Position numbers and translations under genes: made by a program. The notes under the pieces were generated by a model. The model saw only the letters and a list, made by a program, of their open reading frames with translations. It was not told where the DNA came from and did no database searches. A DNA stretch of 46,061 bases, from the NCBI GenBank assembly GCA_964462665.1, contig CAYWYT010000001.1, positions 1-46,061 of the forward strand, read 5' to 3'. This stretch comes from an uncultured Woeseiaceae bacterium. Lineage in GTDB: Bacteria; Pseudomonadota; Gammaproteobacteria; Steroidobacterales; Woeseiaceae. Positions 1-6,337 of the stretch are shown in pieces. Position 1 is the stretch's first letter, and each line of letters opens with the position of its first letter.

Positions 1-286
1 TATTCGACATCCGAATATTGAAGCGCCATTCGGCGAACTCGAAGCTGTAGCCATCCAGATCATCAACGTCCAGAGCATTCTCTGCGTAGGTATCGTGCAG
101 CCTCTGCAGCGTCGCTGCCGCATCATCGACCTTGCGATTGATCTCGCCACTCGCGGGATACATGGCCATGCGCTTACCCACCAATTCGGATAGCGACTTG
201 CCGGAAACAGACATCAACTCGGCAACCAACAGCCAGGGAATCATGCCGCTGTCGGCGTAGGAAAAGTCTCGGAAATAGCAGAAGCC
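1..286 (-). pseudogene. 3' fragment of a phosphomannomutase gene (ManB/CpsG type); the N-terminal ~3/4 is missing and it runs off the left edge
   Basis: The minus frame containing ATG 242-244 translates YFRDFSYADSGMIPWLLVAELMSVSGKSLSELVGKRMAMYPASGEINRKVDDAAATLQRLHDTYAENALDVDDLDGYSFEFAEWRFNIRMSN. This is colinear with the C-terminal domain of enterobacterial CpsG/ManB as I recall it (DSGMIPWLLVAEL..FPASGEIN..DG.S..F..WRFN.R.SNTEP). The same frame has TGA at 332-334, and nothing PMM-like lies upstream. The ORF track omits it because it is open at the edge. Confidence 0.7.
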
Positions 287-645
287 CGTTCTCCGGCACC
301 GTAAACCAATGTGCGGTGCCGAAAGATGTTTTCATCGACTCGGCAGATAAAAATGAAGCGCACAATCAGCAGAAATACCAGAGCAATCAACACGGCCATC
401 GCTGCAATCCGCGGTTCGAGCGTGACTGACGGCAATACGTAGTAGATCGCGGCAAGGACTGCCGACCCGACCGCGATCCCGACAATTATGCGGACTATGA
501 TTTCGAAAAAATAGGCGCGTTGATGGAACTGGTAGAGGCCCGTCGCAATCAGCGACATTAATATGATGAACGACAAGACGCCCGGTCTCGGCGCGATCAT
601 GCCTAAAGCGTCGTAGCCTGACTGGACGTTGCCGAATGCCACCAC
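241..645 (-). pseudogene. 5' stub of a polyprenyl glycosylphosphotransferase (WbaP/EpsB-type priming sugar transferase), truncated before the catalytic domain
   Basis: 134 codons with a GTG start. Hydrophobic helices are followed by ..HRTLVYGAGERA, the usual N-terminal layout of this family (TM bundle, then a Rossmann-like R.L..GAG..A segment). The frame stops at 241-243, and the DNA beyond encodes the PMM fragment in another frame. Confidence 0.45.
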
Positions 646-962
646 GCACGCGAAATAAACTGAGCAGGCTGGTAGACACAGAATACGCGGGGTGCAACCG
701 TAGGAGCGCGTCTCACGCGCGGACCTACCTGGGCCGGAGACAAACCGCGATCAAACGCGCTCTGAAACAGTGTCACATTGTGCTAAACCTGTGTCGCCAT
801 TCGCCTACAGCAGGAATGACTTTCTTTATCCTGCGCTTAGCTCAATTACATAATCCATTTTCGGCGTTATTGTCGTGCTATGGCGACCGAACACGGGTCA
901 GAACATGACACGAGTCGGAGCTAGTCGTCGTAAGCCTCTGTAAAACACTAACAATCATTTCT

Positions 963-978
963 TGGCATGCGCTTTGCA
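963..978 (+). promoter_or_regulatory. sigma-54 (RpoN) -24/-12 promoter candidate
   Basis: TGGCAT-gcgct-TTGCA compared with the consensus TGGCAC-N5-TTGCW. GG at 964-965 and GC at 976-977 have the exact GG-N10-GC spacing. The site is intergenic, on the + strand, pointing at the riboswitch and the 1407 operon. Confidence 0.45.
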
Positions 979-1170
979 AAGTATTTGGCTGTGTTCGTGC
1001 AAATAAGACGGCATTTTCCGAAAGTACTAAGCCGCTCAATCAGTTGCCAAAATCACTTCGGGATTCTTACCCAAACTTCGGTTCACCATAATTCTGGTGA
1101 TCCTGAGAGCGGGTCGCTTTGTTGTGACGAACACACTCGCTTTAGTACTGGTAATCAGTTATTCATAGGC

Positions 1171-1260
1171 CTGTACTGAAAAAGGCAAACCTGTCGAAAG
1201 GCAGGGACGCAAAGCGACCGGTCTACGGGTTTTACCTAAGACAGCGGAGCCACCAGATGC
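1171..1260 (+). promoter_or_regulatory. c-di-GMP-I (GEMM-I) riboswitch aptamer
   Basis: AAGGCAAACC(1183-1191)-UGUC-GAAA-GGCAGG-GACGCAAAGC(1206-1215)GACCGGUCU...AGACAGCGGAGCCACC. The first hairpin is CCUGUC/GGCAGG capped by a GAAA tetraloop (1190-1205). The second is CCGGUCU/AGAC-AG-CGG (1217-1246). The layout is colinear with V. cholerae Vc2 as I recall it (GGGCAAACCAUUCGAAAGAGUGGGACGCAAAGCCUCCGG...GUAGCGGGGUUACC). It lies 147 nt upstream of ATG 1407. Confidence 0.8.
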
Positions 1261-1406
1261 AAATGATGGTCAATCGACACATCATCTCATTTCTTGGCCG
1301 GACATTTCGTCCCTCCGAATCGGTCCCAGCACGTCTTTTTCGCGTAGTGAATTTGAACTTAAGAAGTCTTGGCTATGCGCCAGATTCGCGGATTTGAGGG
1401 AAAAGA

Positions 1407-2051
1407 ATGCGAAACATGTTCTTGGCGATAATCGCCGGACCGATACTATTTGGATGCTTGAGTGCGGAAGATCCGATTGCATCGGTTGACGATGCCATCG
1501 CCGCATTGGAAAACAGCGCTCCGGCAATTTCTGGCACCCCAGCCTGGGGCACCAAGTACGACGAGATGTATGAGTTTGTGCCCAACGCCAGTGACGCCGA
1601 CGGCGATCTTCTTACCTTTAGTGTGCAAAACAAACCCGATTGGGCAAGCTTCGATTCGTCGACGGGCAAGCTCTACGGCGAACCTGCGATGACTGACCTC
1701 GGCGACTACAATGGGATCGTGGTGAGTGTGTCCGATGGAACTGACGGCGCATCTTTGCCATCATTTTCCGTCACTGTCAGCCAGACGGCGACGGGCGTTA
1801 TCACTCTGAACTGGGTCGCACCCAGCCAAAATACTGACGGGTCGCCGTTGATGGATTTGTCCGGATACAATATCTACTATCGAAAGAACTCTGGATCCTA
1901 CGTTCAGGAAATACAGATCGACAATCCGAGTGTCACAACTTTCGTCGTCGAACAATTGAGTCCTGCCACCTACCATTTCGCAGCTACTGCATTCAACTCG
2001 TCGGGCGTAGAGAGTTCATTTTCACGCGAAATTGCGTTGACTATTCAGTAA
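1407..2051 (+). CDS. putative lipoprotein with an Ig-like (putative Ig / He_PIG-type) domain followed by a fibronectin type III domain
   Basis: Signal peptide with the lipobox-like LFGC. The segment YEFVPNASDADGDLLTFSVQNKPDWASFDSSTGKLYGEP..DLGDYNGIVVSVSDG fits the 'putative Ig' repeat. LNWVAPSQNTDGSPLMDLSGYNIYYRK...TYHFAATAFNSSGVESS fits FN3. A GAGGGA SD sits 6 nt before the ATG. Confidence 0.8.
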   Translation: MRNMFLAIIAGPILFGCLSAEDPIASVDDAIAALENSAPAISGTPAWGTKYDEMYEFVPNASDADGDLLTFSVQNKPDWASFDSSTGKLYGEPAMTDLGDYNGIVVSVSDGTDGASLPSFSVTVSQTATGVITLNWVAPSQNTDGSPLMDLSGYNIYYRKNSGSYVQEIQIDNPSVTTFVVEQLSPATYHFAATAFNSSGVESSFSREIALTIQ

Positions 2052-2070
2052 GGTCGAGGCCGGAAGCCAC

Positions 2071-2097
2071 GACTCCGTTCGAAAGTGCGAACGAGTC
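2071..2097 (+). terminator. hairpin between the two surface-protein genes (weak attenuator/terminator candidate)
   Basis: GACTC(C)GTTC-gaaagtgc-GAACGAGTC, a 9-bp stem with a 1-nt bulge, followed by GCTTTC. There is only a short T tract. Confidence 0.25.
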
Positions 2098-2173
2098 GCT
2101 TTCAAGCAACTCGCTACACGCTTACGTACTACTCCGAATTGTATGCTTCGGTCATGCACCGAATAATGAAGAT

Positions 2174-4021
2174 ATGGATCGACGAGCACACTCGGTTTCA
2201 CTCATTCTGTTAATGGTGGCGCCGGTGACGTACGCACAGTCGGACTGCCCCGGTGGCGAGCTGTGGGAGCCATACACTCAAGTCTGTGCCGAAGTGCGTG
2301 ATCTTCGTAGCGCCTTTCCGCTCAGTAAAGTAACCGTTGCTGGCAAACCCGACACGGATCTGCCTGTACCGGGTTCGATGGCGGTCGGTACGGCATACAG
2401 TCCCAACCAGCTTGTCGCCCTCGAAAGCGGCCGCCTGCACACTAAGATGTTCGTCTATCCAAACGGTGTTAGTCCTGATGGTCCATTGCCAATCTTCTAT
2501 ACGACAGCAACATCGCGCGTAAATAGAGGCTTGGAACTGCTCGTGGCCTACTCGGACGCGCGCCCGGATATCAGTCGCCTCAATCTGTATGCCTGGACCT
2601 GCCTGCCAGACTATCCGTGCCCGGATGGCGAGACAGACCCAGGCTGGCAATGGGCCAGGAACCTGACAGAGCTGACCTGCAACATCACACAGGTCGTGGA
2701 CCAGGGCGGGCATGCACACAAGCAGCTCTATTACGCCAATCACACAGACAAACTCGATACCGGTTCACCCCCGCAGTGGAAGAGCGCCATATACCTTTGG
2801 AATTATTGCGATTCGGCTTGGGATCTTGCATGGCAACACACCTACCGACAGGACAAAGTCGATTGCTCGATACCGGGCGCCGGCTGTGCTTGGTGGGGAC
2901 CAAGCATCGAAATCTTCGGCAACGAACCGTATCCGCAGATTGCGGAACTGGGCTACGAGGAATCATTGCTCTATCACGATGGCGTATGGAGCCAGTTGCG
3001 GCCCAATGAGGCGGGGTTCCGTGATCCGGCGCGGTGGGCTACGACGACCCCGTGGCAGCTTTTTCATCTGGATCCGAACCGAAGCTACGGCGTGGGCAAC
3101 TTCCTCAATGAAAATGACGCACCGGTCATCGAGGGGCAAATGGTGCTCGAGACCCAGGAGGACGAGCCGTTGGACATCGAAACCGACAGCCTCGTAATCA
3201 GTGACCCAGACATCAATCCCGCGTATCACGTCGCCTTCGAATTGGCGTTGTATGCGGGCAACGACTATACGATCACAAACCGAACTCTGACACCGGCTGC
3301 CGATTTCGCAGGAACCCTAACAGTGCCGGTTACTGTCAACGACGGCGGAGCAAACAGTGAGGTTTTCAACCTAAGGATTGAAATCACTCCGGTCAATGAC
3401 GCACCCGTCATTGTTGGCCAGAATCCAGTCGAAGTGACGGAACGAACGCCGCTCGAAATCGTTTTGGCGGATCTAATTGTCGAGGACATCGACTCGGATG
3501 TCGGAGTACTGTCGATCGCCGTTCAGAACGGCGATGGTTATGAAATATCGGGCAACACGGTCACGCCGGAATTAGGTGTCATTGGCGATATTATGGTCGG
3601 TGTTACGGCAAGCGACTACGAACTGGAAAGTGCCCCCTTCGCTTTGCTCGTTACCGTAACGCCTGACGTTATAGCGCCCGTACTGACACTGCAAGGTAGC
3701 GAAACTGTGACAGTGGGGTTTGGAAGCGACTACCTGGACGCCGGGGCAACTGCGGTGGACAACGTGGATGGCAACATTTCAGACCGAATCGTTGTCGACT
3801 CCCCAGTCGATACTAGCCGCGCCGGATCTTACGCGGTCTCTTACACGGTCGCCGATCTCGCCGGGAACAGCGCTTCGATTACTCGCACAGTTGTCGTCAA
3901 AGCTGCGGTTATTGTGCCTCGAAGTAATGGTGGCGGCAGCATGTCGCTCCTGTTTGTGTTTGGGTTACTACTGTTCGGACGCCGTATTCGACGGAGAGGA
4001 ACTGGAAATCGCGCCAACTAG
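2174..4021 (+). CDS. secreted surface protein: novel Cys/Trp-rich N-domain, two cadherin-like NDAPV repeats, an Ig-like (DUF5011/HYR-like) domain and a GlyGly-CTERM-type sorting tail
   Basis: Signal peptide (..APVTYA/QSD). NENDAPVIEGQ and TPVNDAPVIVGQ repeats. DVIAPVLTLQGSETVTVGFGSDYLDAGATAVDNVDGNISD..AGSYAVSYTVADLAGNSA is the Ig-like domain. The C-terminus is NGGGSMSLLFVFGLLLFGRRIRRR (nt 3926-3997). Confidence 0.85.
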   Translation: MDRRAHSVSLILLMVAPVTYAQSDCPGGELWEPYTQVCAEVRDLRSAFPLSKVTVAGKPDTDLPVPGSMAVGTAYSPNQLVALESGRLHTKMFVYPNGVSPDGPLPIFYTTATSRVNRGLELLVAYSDARPDISRLNLYAWTCLPDYPCPDGETDPGWQWARNLTELTCNITQVVDQGGHAHKQLYYANHTDKLDTGSPPQWKSAIYLWNYCDSAWDLAWQHTYRQDKVDCSIPGAGCAWWGPSIEIFGNEPYPQIAELGYEESLLYHDGVWSQLRPNEAGFRDPARWATTTPWQLFHLDPNRSYGVGNFLNENDAPVIEGQMVLETQEDEPLDIETDSLVISDPDINPAYHVAFELALYAGNDYTITNRTLTPAADFAGTLTVPVTVNDGGANSEVFNLRIEITPVNDAPVIVGQNPVEVTERTPLEIVLADLIVEDIDSDVGVLSIAVQNGDGYEISGNTVTPELGVIGDIMVGVTASDYELESAPFALLVTVTPDVIAPVLTLQGSETVTVGFGSDYLDAGATAVDNVDGNISDRIVVDSPVDTSRAGSYAVSYTVADLAGNSASITRTVVVKAAVIVPRSNGGGSMSLLFVFGLLLFGRRIRRRGTGNRAN

Positions 4022-4022
4022 T

Positions 4023-4052
4023 CCACCTTAACCGGTACTGGGGTTAAGGTGG
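4023..4052 (+). terminator. perfect 11-bp stem hairpin immediately after the stop codon
   Basis: CCACCTTAACC-ggtactgg-GGTTAAGGTGG starts 2 nt after TAG 4019-4021. No U tract follows, so function as an intrinsic terminator is uncertain. Confidence 0.35.
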
Positions 4053-4183
4053 CGACACCGATCCTCATGATTGTGGCTAAATTACTGGACATCGATTTAA
4101 CAAAATCTCGCGATCGGAAATCATCCGTTGCTCCGGGCCCTTTCATGGCCAATACTCTCAGCAGCAACACCGCACGACAATAA

Positions 4184-4534
4184 GAACAGCTTCCGGACAA
4201 TAGCCCAAGAAGCAACGAGGCCTTCCTGAATACCGGCAATATGACCTTCGATATCCACGCAGGCGCCGACCTGAGCACGGCGGTTGCGTCACAAGGTCAG
4301 GCAGGCGCGTTTGGGGCTATTACGAGGGTCTATCCTGCCGGGCAGATCGGCGGTGCGCTTGTCGGTATGCGCGAGTCCAGGAGCAGTTACGGCTATCTTG
4401 CACAAGATGATCCGATGCTGCATTTCGGACTAGGATCAAACGAGTCGGTGGACGTTGTCGTGGACTTTGTTGACGGGTCACAGGTCACGTTAGAAGGAGT
4501 GACCGCAAACCAGATAATACTGATTGCACCGTGA
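4184..4534 (+). pseudogene. C-terminal remnant of an FG-GAP/ASPIC-UnbV (CRTAC1-like) protein
   Basis: SSYGYLAQDDPMLHFGLGSNESVDVVVDFVDGSQVTLEGVTANQ matches the UnbV/ASPIC C-terminal signature (GY.SQ.D..LHFGLG....VD.V.V.W..G....V.ANQ). The in-frame upstream stretch ..FLNTGNMTFDIHAGADL resembles the end of an FG-GAP repeat. Only ~115 codons are open, against the >400 typical for the family. Confidence 0.6.
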
Positions 4535-4543
4535 TCGCCTGTC

Positions 4544-4565
4544 TGGTGCGGATACCAAAACGCAC
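4544..4565. terminator. hairpin between convergent genes
   Basis: GGTGCG-gataccaaaa-CGCACC lies between the 4534 (+) end and the 4580 (-) end. There is no clear U tract on either strand. Confidence 0.25.
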
Positions 4566-4579
4566 CACAAAATCAGCGG

Positions 4580-6337
4580 TCAATGCTTAGAAGATACTTC
4601 GCCTAACCTGCCGGTGAGCAACAACTCAAGAGTTAGAGCACGGCTTAACAAGTCGGGACGCCTAATTCTATCCAGATGAATATATTCTGTGATTTCAGAT
4701 ACACCGTCAGGGAATACCCTGCCCACGAACTCATCATTTAGATAAAACGGAAACTCGGGCTGTCGCGCCATACGCTTCTTGATGCGATGAGCCAGCGGGC
4801 GGACTCGCGTTGGTAATGCCCTGACAATACGTTGCCGCACCCGCTTTTTCAGGCTTGGACCGTCGCTAAACGTGAAACCGTAGGCTGATGGCGCCGCAGC
4901 AAGCTTTTTATCCGCGCGCTCGATTAACATTGCGTTTAGACGACCCACGTCTCGATATCGCATCGGCACAAGATAACTCGCTTCAACGAGTAATGGCTCT
5001 GCATACGGTACCAGCGCGTGCGCGCGCTCATTCTCATTCGTCAACTGCATGCCGGTAATACAGGGGAGACGAAACACCGGATACGCACTCTCCGCTTGCA
5101 CCGCTGTGATAACGCCATCGTCCAGTTGCAACTCGTCAGTCATCTTGCGACCAACGGCCCTAAACAACGCCTTCTTCGAGAACTTCCCGGTATAGGCAGA
5201 TGTATCGAACTTATCGGCCTGTATACGAAAGAACACGGGTAGCGGAACGCTTTGACTTGGCAATTCAAGGAGCTTTCGGAATATTTCACCGGCCATTCCG
5301 TACAGTCGGAGCCTCTCTGGCCTTTCCACCTGGCCGCGTTGCGCTGCAATCAGCGGCCACTTGTCAAAAAGCCCCCTATGTGAGAAACCATCAATGTACC
5401 GACTTGCCCCGGTTAAGCGTTGTTCGAAGTCATCGATGTCGAAGTCGAGAGCCGCCTCGTCCGGATCATGCTCAATATCAAATCCCACGAAATCAGCAAT
5501 TTGCTTTGCGATTTTGACGTCTTCCAGGTCGTCGGCACCCTGCACGTAGACGCGAGGATTGCACCCACAATTTCGAAGGTGGGCCAAGATCAGGCGACTG
5601 TCGTAGCCTCCCGTGAGGCCGATCGAGATGTCGTCCCCAAATGCTGTAGTAATTTTGGCGAAATAGTCTGATAACAAACCATGAATTTGATCCACGTGCC
5701 GTTCTAAATCATCCCCGTCATAAAAATCCGGCAGCTGAAAGGGTTTCGATCGCGTATCGCCTCCCGGCAAGACCTCGTGTATATATCTCTTGTCCAGCCT
5801 TTCGATCTCCGCGATAGGCGTTCTATTTCCGAAAAACATCAGGAAGTGCAGGTATTCGTAGATTTCCTGATCGTTGGCAGTATACGAATCGAGAGTCTCA
5901 TAAACCGCCAGGAAGGATGTCGACAGGATGCTTTGATCTGAATTCGTGTAGATTTGGCACATGCCGCGATAGTCGTTAAACACGACCAGTTTGTTATCGC
6001 AAAAAACGACAACCCCGAAATGCCCTAGCGCATGTTCAAATGAAAAACCATTGGTCGCAAAATCTCTATAGAGCGCTTCCAAAGCAGCCGACCCTTGTTC
6101 ATCTTTATAAAGCATTGTGCCGACCGCAATAATGAAGTCTCCGTTTTCAAACTCCAGGTAATTGCTCGTCTCGAACCGACGCTTGCGGTAGAGAAACAAC
6201 TCGAAACCCGGTCTCTCAAACGTTTTTACTTGCCGAAGGCCTCGAGCTTGCATCGCTGCAATCGCACGCGCTGCCGCTACGCCTCTTTGGCCGTTTTGCG
6301 GCGTGTCGTCGCGTTTGGCTATTAAGAATGAAGCCAT
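4580..6337 (-). CDS. asparagine synthetase-family (PP-loop ATP pyrophosphatase) protein lacking the N-terminal Cys nucleophile
   Basis: PP-loop SIGLTGGYDSRL (SGGxDS type). The N-terminal third resembles the class-II GATase fold (..HFGVVVFCDNKLVVFNDYRGMCQIY..). However the protein starts MASFLIA instead of MCG. Its ATG directly abuts the upstream TAA (TAAATG at 6335-6340). Confidence 0.75.
   Translation of the reverse strand: MASFLIAKRDDTPQNGQRGVAAARAIAAMQARGLRQVKTFERPGFELFLYRKRRFETSNYLEFENGDFIIAVGTMLYKDEQGSAALEALYRDFATNGFSFEHALGHFGVVVFCDNKLVVFNDYRGMCQIYTNSDQSILSTSFLAVYETLDSYTANDQEIYEYLHFLMFFGNRTPIAEIERLDKRYIHEVLPGGDTRSKPFQLPDFYDGDDLERHVDQIHGLLSDYFAKITTAFGDDISIGLTGGYDSRLILAHLRNCGCNPRVYVQGADDLEDVKIAKQIADFVGFDIEHDPDEAALDFDIDDFEQRLTGASRYIDGFSHRGLFDKWPLIAAQRGQVERPERLRLYGMAGEIFRKLLELPSQSVPLPVFFRIQADKFDTSAYTGKFSKKALFRAVGRKMTDELQLDDGVITAVQAESAYPVFRLPCITGMQLTNENERAHALVPYAEPLLVEASYLVPMRYRDVGRLNAMLIERADKKLAAAPSAYGFTFSDGPSLKKRVRQRIVRALPTRVRPLAHRIKKRMARQPEFPFYLNDEFVGRVFPDGVSEITEYIHLDRIRRPDLLSRALTLELLLTGRLGEVSSKH

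Noticed and set aside
700-728. Hairpin GTAGG-a-GCGCG-tctca-CGCGC-gga-CCTAC upstream of the sugar-transferase stub
   Set aside because: It is a real inverted repeat, but short, with an internal loop and no U tract or recognisable family. I cannot tell a REP-like element from chance, so it is noted only.
636-1669. Small ORFs in the long leader region (636-908, 967-1179, 1282-1527, 1373-1669, 1446-1628, 1462-1692)
   Set aside because: They have no recognisable motifs. They overlap the sigma-54 element, the riboswitch or the real 1407 gene in other frames. The region is better explained as regulatory RNA or DNA.
2210-2743. 177-aa antisense ORF inside the GlyGly-CTERM protein gene. Similar long shadow ORFs: 19346-20047(-), 26544-27065(-), 25990-26409(-), 43283-43888(-), 43907-44347(-), 9712-10182(+), 9876-10307(-), 11031-11402(+), 11616-12059(+), 16577-17029(+), 21615-22028(+), 38603-39001(+), 42053-42520(+)
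   Set aside because: All lie fully inside, or out of frame with, ORFs that have clear family signatures. Their translations are Arg/Ser/Pro-rich with no motifs, which is typical of shadow ORFs in moderately GC-rich DNA.
3926-4021. Possibility that the locus is a PEP-CTERM/exosortase system, given the EpsA/chain-length/kinase trio and AsnB typical of such loci
   Set aside because: I recognised no exosortase (EpsH)-like membrane protein and no Pro-Glu-Pro C-terminal tail in any ORF. The only sorting tail seen is Gly-Gly-Gly-Ser + TM + Arg, which is GlyGly-CTERM type.
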